Below, piece by piece: positions 1-9,857 of a stretch of 64,000 nt of DNA. The notes under the pieces are model-generated. The model ran no database searches and was not told the origin of the DNA. It saw only the letters and a program-made list of their open reading frames with translations. The stretch lies in NCBI GenBank assembly GCA_963712745.1, contig CAVQJC010000006.1:192001-256000 (forward strand). The letters are read 5' to 3'. Numbering within the stretch: the stretch's first letter is position 1; each line of letters starts with the position of its first letter. Source of the stretch: an uncultured Chloroflexia bacterium. Lineage in GTDB: Bacteria > Chloroflexota > Limnocylindria > Limnocylindrales > CSP1-4. Made by a program: the position numbers and the translations under genes.

Positions 1-239
1 GCGTCAGCCTGACGGCCACCGAGTTCGAGATCCTGCGCCACCTCGCGTCCAAGCCGGGTCGAGTCTTCAGCCGCCGAGAGTTGCTCGAGCTGGTGCGCGA
101 CTACGAAGCTCTCGACCAGGACGAGAAGACCATCAACGTCCACGTGAGCCACCTGCGCGAGAAGCTTGAGGACGACCCGGTCGATCCCACCTTCATCCTC
201 ACTATCCGTGGTGCCGGCTACGCTTTCGCCGAGCGCTGA
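1..239 (+). CDS. OmpR/PhoB-family response regulator, C-terminal part (5' truncated by window)
   Basis: Frame from nt 3 reads VSLTATEFEILRHLASKPGRVFSRRELLE...TINVHVSHLREKLEDDP..PTFILTIRGAGYAF*, a winged-helix effector domain. It lies directly upstream of a histidine kinase. Confidence 0.93.
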   Translation, partial: VSLTATEFEILRHLASKPGRVFSRRELLELVRDYEALDQDEKTINVHVSHLREKLEDDPVDPTFILTIRGAGYAFAER

Positions 240-249
240 GTAGCCGCCG

Positions 250-1812
250 ATGGCCCGGGGATCGACCTCCGCGCCCGCGTACTCCACGGGCTACCGGGCC
301 CTCGCGTCCAGCTACCGCACGCGCCTCTTCGTGGCCATCATCCTGGTGGTGGCGGTGGTGTTGGGCCTCGTGCTCGTCTCCCTGCCGCGCCTCCTCGAAG
401 GCTTCTTCCTGAACCAAGAGCGCGAGAACCTTCAGACCAGGGCCGAGTCGATGGCCACCATCATCGCCGGTGAGCTGGCCGACGTCTCCGCCGGTGGCGC
501 CCGCCCCATCATCCTGCCCGACGAGGGTTCACCCGGCGGCTCCACCGCCTGGGCACTGGGCGATGAGGGCCGTGGCGCAGTTCACGACCTGACCGACGAG
601 TTCGCGCGCGCCGACGCCCATGTGGAGCTGGCCCCGGCCAGCGATGCCGAACCGGTGTGGGAGCTCGACGTAGCCTATCCCGACGACGCGGGCGAGGAAG
701 GGCAGAACCGCGAACCGAGCCTCACCGAGTCGGCCGGCACGGTCGTACGTGACCTCTGGTACTCCGACACGGCACCGCCGGAGCGCGAGCTGACGGTGAC
801 GTTGAGCAACCCCTTCACCTCGCGCGCACAGACGACCCGGACCATCACCGAGGTGCTGCTCAACGCGGCCCTGGTGGCGCTGGTGGTGGCGCTCATCACG
901 GCTCTGCTGCTGGCCCAGTGGCTGGCCCGCCCCTTGCGCCGCCTGACGGTCACCTCACGCCTGCTGGCCGAGGGTCATCTCGACGCGCGAGTGGCCATCC
1001 CGGCCAACTCCCCGCCCGAGGTGCACGAACTGGCCGATGCCTTCAACGACATGGCCGAGCGTCTGCAGGAGTCGGTGACCATCATCAGCGAGGACCGCGA
1101 CCGCAGCCGCGAGTTCCTGGCCGACGTCAGTCACGAGCTGCGCACGCCCATCGCCGCCATGCGCACCTTCAACGAGCTGCTGCTGGAGGGCGCCGCGGAG
1201 GATCCCGACGCGCGCGAGGAGTTCCTGCGCGGCAGTCGCCAGCAGCTGGAGCGGCTCGACTGGCTGGCCGCCAACCTGCTTGAGCTCTCCAAGCTCGACT
1301 CGGGACTGGTGGCCCTGCAGCTGCGAAACGAGGACCTGCGGACGGTGGCTGAGGATGCTGTCGACCACGCGGAGCCGATGGCCGAGCGCAAGGGTGTCGA
1401 GCTGCGCACGCACCTGCCCGGCGAGCCAGTCATCCAGCCACACGACCCGCCACGCCTGGGACAGGTCCTGGGCAATCTCATCGGCAACGCCATCAAGTTC
1501 ACCTCCGAGGGCGGGCACGTCGACGTCACCGTCGCGGCCACCAAGGAAGGCGCCAGCTTCACCGTGGCCGACGATGGCGTGGGCATCGACCCTGACGAGC
1601 TCGAGCACGTGTTCGACCGCTTCTACCGCGGCACCCGCCGGCCACAGGAACGTGCCGGTGGTTCCGGACTGGGCCTGGCCATCGCCCGCTCGATCGTGGA
1701 CATGCACCACGGCCGCGTCTCGGTCTCCAGCACGCCCGACGTCGGTACCGAGGTCCTGGTCACATTGCCGCGGGATATTACGGCTTCTTCATCCTCCGAC
1801 GCCCAAGGGTGA
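250..1812 (+). CDS. Membrane sensor histidine kinase (2 TM, HAMP, HisKA, HATPase)
   Basis: H-box DVSHELRTP, N-box NLIGNAIKF, G1 DDGVGI, F-box VFDRFYR and G2 GSGLGLAI. Confidence 0.96.
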   Translation: MARGSTSAPAYSTGYRALASSYRTRLFVAIILVVAVVLGLVLVSLPRLLEGFFLNQERENLQTRAESMATIIAGELADVSAGGARPIILPDEGSPGGSTAWALGDEGRGAVHDLTDEFARADAHVELAPASDAEPVWELDVAYPDDAGEEGQNREPSLTESAGTVVRDLWYSDTAPPERELTVTLSNPFTSRAQTTRTITEVLLNAALVALVVALITALLLAQWLARPLRRLTVTSRLLAEGHLDARVAIPANSPPEVHELADAFNDMAERLQESVTIISEDRDRSREFLADVSHELRTPIAAMRTFNELLLEGAAEDPDAREEFLRGSRQQLERLDWLAANLLELSKLDSGLVALQLRNEDLRTVAEDAVDHAEPMAERKGVELRTHLPGEPVIQPHDPPRLGQVLGNLIGNAIKFTSEGGHVDVTVAATKEGASFTVADDGVGIDPDELEHVFDRFYRGTRRPQERAGGSGLGLAIARSIVDMHHGRVSVSSTPDVGTEVLVTLPRDITASSSSDAQG

Positions 1813-1862
1813 ATCCGCGGCCGACTACTCTCTTGTTCCGACTGCTGTGCCCTTGATCGGAG

Positions 1863-3203
1863 ATGCGCGCATCCATGGCCGACCGGCCCGGCGCTGATGA
1901 AGACCGTCAGCCCGCCTCCTACAGTCCCCCGCCCCAGCATCGCCCTGCCTGGATCGAGAACGGCTGGGGCAGCCGGCCTGTGAACGGCGCCGTGTCGCCC
2001 GCTGAGGTTCCCGCGGCGGGCGCGCCGGCCGGTCCCGAGCCTGACCGTGGGCGAGGCGAGGGCAGGACCGGCGGCCCCCTGCTGGCGGCGGTCCTGGCGG
2101 CCTTCCTCGGCTCCCTGGGCATGTACGCCCTGTTGATGGCCGGGGGCCAGCTCGATCGGCAAGTGCTCATCTCGGAGCCGCTCGGGCAGCAGTCCGGGAC
2201 AGCCACGCAGGTGGACCCGGATATCGTGCGGGTCGTGGAGGAGAACGCCGTGACCGGAGCCGTCGACGTGGTCAGTCCGGCGGTCGTGACCATCACGCCC
2301 CGTGCACGCGACGGCTCCTTCGTCTTCGAGAAGGTCGGTTCAGGCGTGATCTTCGATGCAGACGGCTGGGTCGTCACCAACCGCCACGTGGTCTGCAACG
2401 CAGACACGCTGACCGTGCAGCTGGCGGACGGTCAGCGCTACCCCGGCGTCATCCACGGACTGGACACGTTGACGGACCTGGCCATCGTCAAGATCGAAGG
2501 CCAGGGGCTTCCGGCGGTCCAGATGGGCAACTCGGGCACGCTGCGGGTAGGTCAGCGAGCGATCGCCATCGGCAGCCCTCTTGGTACCTTCACCAACTCG
2601 GTCACCACCGGCGTGGTGAGCGCGCTCGGACGGCACATCGATGTCACGGACGCCTGCGGGCGCGAGCGCCGCATGGAGTCGCTGCGCAACCTCATCCAGA
2701 CGGACGCTGCCATCAACCCCGGCAACAGCGGCGGCGCGCTCGTCGATGCCTCCGGTGCGCTCATCGGCATCAACACCGCCATCGCCGGCGACGCCCAGGG
2801 CATCGGCTTCGCCATCCCGGTCAATCTGGCCCGGCCCATCATGCAGCAGGCCATCGAGGGCGAGACGTTGAGTCGTCCATGGATGGGCATCTACTACACG
2901 GCACTGACGCCGGTGCTGCAGGACCAGCGCGGGCTCCTGCTGGGCTACGGCGCCCTCGTGGAGCCCCCGCAGGACTTCGTCGAGCAGGCGGTCTTGCCCG
3001 GCAGCCCGGCGGATACCGCGGGACTGCGCAGCGGAGACATCATCACCCACGTCGACACCATCAAGATCGACGGCGACAACCCTCTCGATGAGATCCTCAC
3101 TCAGTACCGTCCGCTTGAGACCGTCGCCCTGCGCGTGCTGCGCGACGAGGACCTGCTCGACCTCAGTCTGGTGCTGGGGACGCGGCCGACCACCGGACCC
3201 TAG
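1863..3203 (+). CDS. htrA: HtrA/DegP-family serine protease with PDZ domain
   Basis: GSGVI, TNRHVV, DLAIVKI and QTDAAINPGNSGG motifs, an N-terminal TM and a C-terminal PDZ (GSPADTAGLRSGDII). Confidence 0.93.
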   Translation: MRASMADRPGADEDRQPASYSPPPQHRPAWIENGWGSRPVNGAVSPAEVPAAGAPAGPEPDRGRGEGRTGGPLLAAVLAAFLGSLGMYALLMAGGQLDRQVLISEPLGQQSGTATQVDPDIVRVVEENAVTGAVDVVSPAVVTITPRARDGSFVFEKVGSGVIFDADGWVVTNRHVVCNADTLTVQLADGQRYPGVIHGLDTLTDLAIVKIEGQGLPAVQMGNSGTLRVGQRAIAIGSPLGTFTNSVTTGVVSALGRHIDVTDACGRERRMESLRNLIQTDAAINPGNSGGALVDASGALIGINTAIAGDAQGIGFAIPVNLARPIMQQAIEGETLSRPWMGIYYTALTPVLQDQRGLLLGYGALVEPPQDFVEQAVLPGSPADTAGLRSGDIITHVDTIKIDGDNPLDEILTQYRPLETVALRVLRDEDLLDLSLVLGTRPTTGP

Positions 3204-3212
3204 GACCCCTCG

Positions 3213-3584
3213 TCAGGCACCCACCTCGCGCTCGCGGTGGATCTCCACCTCGGCGTGGTCCATGGAGACATCCATGGGCACGGCCAGCTTGCGCACCCGC
3301 ACGGTCACGGCCCTGATCCGTGCTGAAGCCTCCAGGACGCCCGAGGCCAGCGCCCCGGCCAGGCCCTCCAGCAGGGTGAAGCCTCCAGCCTCGACGGTGC
3401 GCTCGGTGAGCGCGACGAGTGGGCCGTAGTCGACCGTGTCCCCGAGCGCGTCCGACGATGCCGCAGCCGCCAGGTCCGTCTCCACCACGAGGTCGATCTC
3501 AAGCATCTGGGGGAACGCGCGCTCCTCCTCGGTCGCGCCGATGATGCCTTCGAAGCGCATCGCGCTGAGCGTGATCCGATCCAT
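3213..3584 (-). CDS. folB: Dihydroneopterin aldolase
   Basis: MDRITL...IGATEEERAFPQ...TVDY...LLEGLA...VRKL, in an operon with folP and folC. Confidence 0.93.
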   Translation of the reverse strand: MDRITLSAMRFEGIIGATEEERAFPQMLEIDLVVETDLAAAASSDALGDTVDYGPLVALTERTVEAGGFTLLEGLAGALASGVLEASARIRAVTVRVRKLAVPMDVSMDHAEVEIHREREVGA

Positions 3585-3623
3585 GCCTGCGGCCTCCTCG
3601 TGCGGGCCTGCCGGCCCCTGGTC

Positions 3624-4490
3624 TTAGCCCGGTGACTCCGTCCAGCCACCACGGATGATGGCATCACTCATGCGTGCGGCGCGGATGTTGGCGGCGACGT
3701 CGTGGACGCGTACCAGGTCCGCGCCGGCGGCGATGCCGAGCGCGGTGGTAGCGAGCGTGCCTTCCAACCGCTCCTCAGGGGGCAGGTCGAGGACCTTGCC
3801 GATGGTCGACTTTCGACTGGCGCCCAGGAGCACGGCTCGGCCGAGCACGCGCAGCGAGGCCAGGTCGCGCAGCAGGGCCAGGCTCTGCTCGGCGGTCTTG
3901 CCGAAGCCGATGCCGGGGTCGACGATGAGCGAGCCCGGCCCGCAACCCGCCGCCTCCGCCCTCGACAGCGCGACTCGCAGGTCCTCGACCACCTCGGCCA
4001 CGACATCCCGGTACTCGGGCCGGGTACGGCTGTGCATCACGATGTAGGGAGCGCCGTGCGCTGCGGCCACGGGGGCGAGGGCGGCGCCGGCGGTCACGCC
4101 GGCCACATCGTTGACGATGTCGGCACCGGCCATCAGAGCGGCAGCAGCCACCTCGGCCTTGCTGGTGTCGACGCTCACCGGTACGCCCGGCAGTCGCGCA
4201 CGGATGCCACGCACGACCGCGACCAGGCGCTCGAGCTCGTCCCCAGCCGAGACGGGGGTATGACCGGGACGAGTGGACTCGCCGCCGATGTCGATGATGT
4301 CAGCACCCTCTGCCACCATGCGCACCGCCTGAGCGGTGGCCGCTGCCAGGGGCTCGCCCGCGGCCAGAAGACCGTCGCCACTGAAGGAGTCGGGCGTCAT
4401 GTTGACGATGCCCATCACGTAGGTACGCTCGCCGAAACGCAACTCGAGGTCTCGGATCCGGATCGGTGGTGGTGCGAGCAGCTCAGTCAT
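3624..4490 (-). CDS. folP: Dihydropteroate synthase
   Basis: MGIVNMTPDSFSGDG, DIGGESTRPG, DPGIGFGK, SRKS and RVHDV motifs. The real start is probably MTELLAP at 4490, overlapping the folC stop. Confidence 0.96.
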   Translation of the reverse strand: MTELLAPPPIRIRDLELRFGERTYVMGIVNMTPDSFSGDGLLAAGEPLAAATAQAVRMVAEGADIIDIGGESTRPGHTPVSAGDELERLVAVVRGIRARLPGVPVSVDTSKAEVAAAALMAGADIVNDVAGVTAGAALAPVAAAHGAPYIVMHSRTRPEYRDVVAEVVEDLRVALSRAEAAGCGPGSLIVDPGIGFGKTAEQSLALLRDLASLRVLGRAVLLGASRKSTIGKVLDLPPEERLEGTLATTALGIAAGADLVRVHDVAANIRAARMSDAIIRGGWTESPG

Positions 4491-5802
4491 GGTCGCTGAT
4501 GGTGCCCGGGACGAGCGAAGCACGCAGTTGGCCGACGAGGTAGAGCGAGCCTGCGATGAGGAGCAGCCCGCCGCTCCGGGCCGCCGCCGCGAGGGCCTCG
4601 TCGAGGGCGGCGGCGGGCTCGTCGATGGCGGAGGCACTCGCACTGCCCGCGAGCTGTGCCCAGGCCCAGGCCAGCTCGTCGGCAGCCATGGCTCGGTCGG
4701 ATCCCGGCACGCGCGTGGCGATGAGGCGGGCGTCGGCCAGGAGCTCCGAGCGAGCCAGCGATGCCAGCATCTCGGCCACATCCTTGTCGCGCATGGCCCC
4801 GACGAGCAGCACAGCCCTGCCCGACGGCAGGCTCGGCGCCAGTTCGTCAACGGTGGCGGCCATCACCGCCATGCCGTCGGGGTTGTGGGCGCCGTCAAGG
4901 AGCACGACCTGGCCGTCCACATCGAGCAACTCCAGGCGCCCCGGCCAGCGAGTCGTGGCCAGGCCATCCACGATGGCCGTATCAGGAACGGTAGCGACCC
5001 CGACCTGGGCCAGGGCCTCGACGGCCCCCAGCGCCACCGCTGCATTGGACGCCTGGTGCCGGCCCAGGAGAGGCAGTCGCAGTCGCCCCAGGCGGCCGTG
5101 CCCGAGCGTGATGCCGTCCCGATCCATGCTCTCCACCGCCAGCGGCTCACAGACCTTCAGCGACACACCCTTCGCGCTTGCCCGCGAGCGGATGATGGCA
5201 AGCGCCTCACCCTGGGCCCCCGTGACCGCACGCGAGCCGTATTTGATGATGGCCGCCTTCTCCGCTGCCACCGAGGCGACCGTGTCGCCGAGATACTCCT
5301 GGTGGTCGAGCCCGACGTTGGTGATGGCCACGACGTCCGCGTGCCAGGCGTTGGAGGCGTCGAGTCGGCCGCCGAGACCGACCTCCATGACCATGACGTC
5401 GACCTTGGCACGCGCCGCCGCGAGGTAGGCCGCGGCAGTCAGGAGCTCGAACTCCGTGGCGGGCCCGAACTCGGCCTCGCCCGGCTCGCTCGCACGCAGC
5501 ACCTGCCCGAGCAGATCGTCGAGCTCATCCGCGCTGACCGGCTGGCCGCCGAGCGTGACGCGCTCACGGTAGCTATGAAGATGCGGGCTCGGTGACTGCG
5601 CCGTGGAGTAGCCTCCCGCAGCCAGCACGGAGGCCACCATGGCGGACACGCTGCCCTTGCCGTTGGTGCCGCCCACGAGCACGCCGTGCAGGGATCGCTG
5701 GGGATCACCCAGCTGGGTGAGCAGTGCCTCCATGCGGCCCAGGCCAAGACGGATGCCGATGGGACCGCGAGCTCGGATGCGGGCGAGGATGTCGGCCGGC
5801 AC
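4483..5802 (-). CDS. folC: Folylpolyglutamate synthase/dihydrofolate synthase
   Basis: GTNGKGS, SPHL, EVGLGGRLDASN, WPGRLE, LDGAHNPDG and GSLYLVG motifs. Confidence 0.96.
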   Translation of the reverse strand: MPADILARIRARGPIGIRLGLGRMEALLTQLGDPQRSLHGVLVGGTNGKGSVSAMVASVLAAGGYSTAQSPSPHLHSYRERVTLGGQPVSADELDDLLGQVLRASEPGEAEFGPATEFELLTAAAYLAAARAKVDVMVMEVGLGGRLDASNAWHADVVAITNVGLDHQEYLGDTVASVAAEKAAIIKYGSRAVTGAQGEALAIIRSRASAKGVSLKVCEPLAVESMDRDGITLGHGRLGRLRLPLLGRHQASNAAVALGAVEALAQVGVATVPDTAIVDGLATTRWPGRLELLDVDGQVVLLDGAHNPDGMAVMAATVDELAPSLPSGRAVLLVGAMRDKDVAEMLASLARSELLADARLIATRVPGSDRAMAADELAWAWAQLAGSASASAIDEPAAALDEALAAAARSGGLLLIAGSLYLVGQLRASLVPGTISDHD

Positions 5803-5803
5803 G

Positions 5804-6100
5804 TCAGAACGCGACTATCTCTTCCTCGTAGAAGACGCACTGGTTGAAACGTGCGGAGAGGCAGACATCGGTGACGTAACCGGCGTCGAGGTGGACGCCG
5901 CCCCGCACCTGGCAACGCGCGATGGTGCCCTCCTGGCGCATGTAGGCCTTGAGCAGGTGCGGTGTCTGCACCGGGATCGGGCCACGCGGGCCGGTCATGT
6001 AGAAGTGCGGGCAGACGTTGCGGCGGAGGTTGGGCAGACCGAAGGGGATACCCGGACGGAGGGCGGCCAGCTGCGTAGCGGCGGTATCGGCGCTGGGCAT
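5804..6100 (-). CDS. Small Cys-containing hypothetical protein (98 aa)
   Basis: MPSADT... ORF with VCPHF, ARCQV, DVCLS and NQCVFY. Its stop abuts the folC start. Confidence 0.6.
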   Translation of the reverse strand: MPSADTAATQLAALRPGIPFGLPNLRRNVCPHFYMTGPRGPIPVQTPHLLKAYMRQEGTIARCQVRGGVHLDAGYVTDVCLSARFNQCVFYEEEIVAF

Positions 6101-6280
6101 GCGGGGTGTTACCCGGGCGACGGGACCGGGCGGCGGTGGTGGCGGCACGTTACCGATCGAGTTGGAACGCGACCCTCGCGCGCGACTCGATGGCACTCCA
6201 CGCTCTTGACCGTTCAAATGTTCCCCTCTGCGGAGCTCCCCCACTGGCTGTTCCTCGTTAGCGTGCCACAATCTGCGGGG

Positions 6281-7432
6281 ATGGACGACGCCACTTCACG
6301 GACACGCTCGACGAGCCGCCGCATGGCCTCGGCCAAGCCGGCCGGGACGACGCGGCGACGCAGCCCGCGAAGCCCGAGCAAGGGTGATGGGGAGCGGATC
6401 TCGCCGGCGCGCTGGGCGGGTGTCGCTCTGGTCATGGCTGCCATCGTCGGTGCCATCGTGCTGGCGATGATCAGCCCCAGTGAGCCGGGCGCCGTGGCGC
6501 AGACCGGGGCTGCGGCCGAGGCCTCGCCGATACCGGTCGCGACGGCCGCTGACGGGCGCCTGCCCACGGTCCAGCCGCGCATCGTCAAACCCAGCGCAGG
6601 TACCGTTGCGGAGTTCGAGCTCCCCGTGACCGTCGAGGTGCCCAAGGAGGCGTTGCCCAAGGGCGTCCTGCACCTGGTGGTCCTGCGAGGGGAAGACATC
6701 ATCGGCCGTACCGAGAATCCCAAGACGGGTCAGGTGGTGACCGTCCACGCACAGCTGGTCCCCGGCGACAACGAACTCACGGTCGCGCTCGAAGGTCCCG
6801 GGGGCCTGGGCCCCCTCTCCGAGCCGCGGGTGATGACGCTGGACCGTGACGCACCCCAGCTGGCCATCACCTCGCCCAAGAACAAGTACAGGACATACGA
6901 CGATACGGCACGTGTCACCGGCACCTCCGAGGTCGGGGCCGAGGTCCACGTGATGAACCAGGCCAACAACTGGGACCAGACCGAGACCGTGGGACGAAGC
7001 GGCGAGTGGATGGTCACCGTGCCACTGAAGATCGGGGGCAACCAAATCGTCGCGACCTCGACCGACAGCGTGGGGCTGGATCGGGAGAAGCGCATCCGGG
7101 TCACTCGTCTCGATGGCAAGCCGACCATCAAGATCGAGGTCAGGCCGAAGCGCGTCAAGAAGTCCGAGCTGCCGCGGTCGGTCAAGGTCACCGTCACCGT
7201 CACCGACGCCAAGGGCAAGCCCATGCCCGAGGCTCGGGTCGAATACACCCTCGGCGGTCCCGGTCGTACGACCGTGAGCGAACCGGACACGACCAACCCG
7301 AAGGGCAAGTCAACCTGGTCGCCCCGGATCGAACCCAGCTCGTCGCCGGCCGACGAGGTCCTGCTGGGAGTGACCGTCACCTCTCCCTATGACGGGGTCA
7401 AGCGCGGGAGCTTCACCATCGATCTCGACTAG
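6281..7432 (+). CDS. Membrane-anchored protein with bacterial Ig-like domains
   Basis: Basic N-tail, one TM, then beta-rich repeats (LVPGDNELTV, LAITSP, VTGTSEVGA, LKIGGNQIVATSTD, VTVTDAKGKPM). The likely start is the ATG at 6281, not 5639. Confidence 0.75.
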   Translation: MDDATSRTRSTSRRMASAKPAGTTRRRSPRSPSKGDGERISPARWAGVALVMAAIVGAIVLAMISPSEPGAVAQTGAAAEASPIPVATAADGRLPTVQPRIVKPSAGTVAEFELPVTVEVPKEALPKGVLHLVVLRGEDIIGRTENPKTGQVVTVHAQLVPGDNELTVALEGPGGLGPLSEPRVMTLDRDAPQLAITSPKNKYRTYDDTARVTGTSEVGAEVHVMNQANNWDQTETVGRSGEWMVTVPLKIGGNQIVATSTDSVGLDREKRIRVTRLDGKPTIKIEVRPKRVKKSELPRSVKVTVTVTDAKGKPMPEARVEYTLGGPGRTTVSEPDTTNPKGKSTWSPRIEPSSSPADEVLLGVTVTSPYDGVKRGSFTIDLD

Positions 7433-7450
7433 CTCTTGGCCGCACGACGG

Positions 7451-7957
7451 TCAGCCGCGGCGACTCCGGCGTGAACGTCGCTCGAGCTCCGACATCAGGC
7501 GGCGTCCGGGCGCCACCGAAGGCGCCTCCACCAGCCGGTCGACGGGGCTTGCCTCGACCCAACCGCCGGAGAGCGGCTGCTCCCGCCGGACCTCTCGATC
7601 CCGGACAATCGCGGGCAGTGACCCTGGCGAGGGCGGAGCGGTCAGTGCGGGCGAGTGCAGTGACGCACGCACGGCGACCGCTTCCAGGTCGCCGAACAGG
7701 CCACCACCGTCGACGGCGGGTGAGGCCTCCCAGCACGAGCGCACGTCATCACCGCTGAGCGGAGTACGGGCACGGTCCCGGGCGCAGTAGCCCAGGTCCG
7801 CGGCCACCGAGGTCCGGTACAGATGGCAGGTGGAGCAGGTTAGCGCCGCGCGTGAGCAGGCCCAGCAGCGCGTCGCCTCTGCCTGCAGCGTGCGGCAGTG
7901 CGGACAGCGCCACGAAGGTGCGGCCGACACGGTATCGGGATGGTCGAAGATGGACAT
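7451..7957 (-). CDS. Cys-rich putative zinc-ribbon protein
   Basis: WRCPHC...RCWAC...TCSTC...GYC...SCWE, immediately downstream of the Ser/Thr kinase. Confidence 0.65.
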   Translation of the reverse strand: MSIFDHPDTVSAAPSWRCPHCRTLQAEATRCWACSRAALTCSTCHLYRTSVAADLGYCARDRARTPLSGDDVRSCWEASPAVDGGGLFGDLEAVAVRASLHSPALTAPPSPGSLPAIVRDREVRREQPLSGGWVEASPVDRLVEAPSVAPGRRLMSELERRSRRSRRG

Positions 7958-7979
7958 CAGCGCCGCGGGTGCGTGCGGG

Positions 7980-9809
7980 TCATCCGGGCGGGCAGGGCTC
8001 GAGCGGATCGCCGAGCATGAGATCGACCTTGGACCCGACCGGGACCGACTCACCCGGCTTGGGCAGCTGGTCGTGCACGACCCAGTCGTCCTCGGGCGGA
8101 GGATCCTCCGGGTACGTAGCGCCGACCAGCAGGCCGAGTTCCTGGAGGTGGGTCCGCGCGGTGGCAAGGTCGGAGCACATGAAGTCACCGACCAGGGCGG
8201 TCTCCGACGAGGGGAACGGCGTAGGCGGAGACGTTACCTCCGACGTGGGGGCCGCCGTCGGCCGCCGTGTCGGTCGTGGCGTCACGCGCGGCCCCGGGGT
8301 GAGCTCGGCTGCAGGTCCGGTCGAGACCGTGTAGTCGATGAGCGCGCCGCGTGTGGCCGACGAGCCCGCGCGAGGGTCGGTCGAGATGACGTAGCCCTCA
8401 GGCAGCTGGTCAGCGGCGCTGGAGCGAGCGCCGACACGCAGCCCGGATGCCTCGAGCTGCTTGAGAGCGTTGTCCTCCTTGATGCCGTGGACGTCGGGGA
8501 CCACGACCGTCTCGATCTGCGTGGCGACCGTTACCTGCACGGTCGTGCCGGCCGGGACCCGCGTGCCGGGTTCGGGCAGCTGCTCGATGATGCGGCCTGC
8601 CTCGACCTCGTCTGTCTCGTGGAAATCCATCTCCAGCACCACGCCCTCGCGCTCGGCCAGGGCAAGCGCGCCGGCTTCACGGCGGCCGACGAAGTCGGGC
8701 GTCTCGACCAGCTCGACGGTCGGCTCCGGGGTGGGGCTGGGCGTCGGCTCCTCTTCGCCGATGCCGCTGAAGAGGAGGAACAGGATGATGCCCGAGGCGA
8801 TGATGACCAGGAGCCCAAGCCCGGCAGCCATCCAGGCCCATGGACCCGATCCGGAGCGCTCGGGGTCGCCCCCGTCGGGGGGCCCAGAGGCCGCGTGGAC
8901 CGTCTGGGTCGGGGGCCGTGGCGGGCCTGCGTGTGGTGGGACGGATGCGGCGGCGGCGCCGGCGGCGGCCAGGGCGGCGGCGCCGGTCGGGTCGGTGCGG
9001 AATCGCGCCAGGGCGGTTGAGAGCTCGGAGGCGGTCGGTCGTGCCGCCGGGTCGACGGCCAGGCACCAGCGCACGATGGCATCGAGCGCCGGGGGCACCT
9101 CCGCTCGCACGGCCATCGGCGAGGGCACGCCGCCTGAAAGCCGGGCCACCGCCACGGCCGCGGGCGAGTCCCCGGAGAAGGCGCGCTGGCCGGTGAGCAT
9201 CTCGTACATCACCAGGCCCAGCGAGTAGATATCGGAGGCCGAGGTAGCGGTGTCGCCACGCGCCTGTTCCGGGCTGAAGTAGAGGACGCTACCAAGCGTG
9301 ATGCCGGTGGCCGTGACCGGTGAACCGGCGGCCGCCTGGGCGATGCCGAAATCGGCCACCTGCACGCGGCCATCGGGCGAGAGCAGGATGTTGCTGGGCT
9401 TGATGTCACGATGGACGAGGCCGCTGGCGTGGGCAGCCGCGAGTGCGTCGGCCACCTGCTGGCCCATGTTCGCCACCGCGGTCGGCGGCAGGCTGCCCTT
9501 CTTGCCCAGGGCCGACGAGAGGTCGCCGCCGGAAACCTGTTCCATGACGATGTAGGGACCGGCGCTGTCGGTGCCGTAGTCGTAGACCTGGACGATGTTG
9601 GGGTGGCTCAGTGACGCGGCGGCCTGGGCCTCGTGCTCGAAGCGTTCCACGAATTGGGCGTCGGCGCCGAACTCCGGCCGCAGGACCTTGACCGCGACCT
9701 CACGTCCAAGCTTGTCGTCGGTGGCTCCGAAGATGGTGGCCATGCCACCCTGGCCGAGGACCTGGTCCAGGCGATAGCGGCCGCCGAGGAGCGTGCCAAG
9801 CTCAGCCAC
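7980..9809 (-). CDS. PknB-like Ser/Thr protein kinase with TM and PASTA domains
   Basis: LGQGGMA, VAVK, HRDIKPSN, DFGIA and SPEQARG motifs, a TM, and 2-3 PASTA repeats. Confidence 0.95.
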   Translation of the reverse strand: MAELGTLLGGRYRLDQVLGQGGMATIFGATDDKLGREVAVKVLRPEFGADAQFVERFEHEAQAAASLSHPNIVQVYDYGTDSAGPYIVMEQVSGGDLSSALGKKGSLPPTAVANMGQQVADALAAAHASGLVHRDIKPSNILLSPDGRVQVADFGIAQAAAGSPVTATGITLGSVLYFSPEQARGDTATSASDIYSLGLVMYEMLTGQRAFSGDSPAAVAVARLSGGVPSPMAVRAEVPPALDAIVRWCLAVDPAARPTASELSTALARFRTDPTGAAALAAAGAAAASVPPHAGPPRPPTQTVHAASGPPDGGDPERSGSGPWAWMAAGLGLLVIIASGIILFLLFSGIGEEEPTPSPTPEPTVELVETPDFVGRREAGALALAEREGVVLEMDFHETDEVEAGRIIEQLPEPGTRVPAGTTVQVTVATQIETVVVPDVHGIKEDNALKQLEASGLRVGARSSAADQLPEGYVISTDPRAGSSATRGALIDYTVSTGPAAELTPGPRVTPRPTRRPTAAPTSEVTSPPTPFPSSETALVGDFMCSDLATARTHLQELGLLVGATYPEDPPPEDDWVVHDQLPKPGESVPVGSKVDLMLGDPLEPCPPG

Positions 9810-9857
9810 CTGGGCTGCCCCTGAGGCTGCCTGCCGGACCGACTGCCTCGGCCGCCG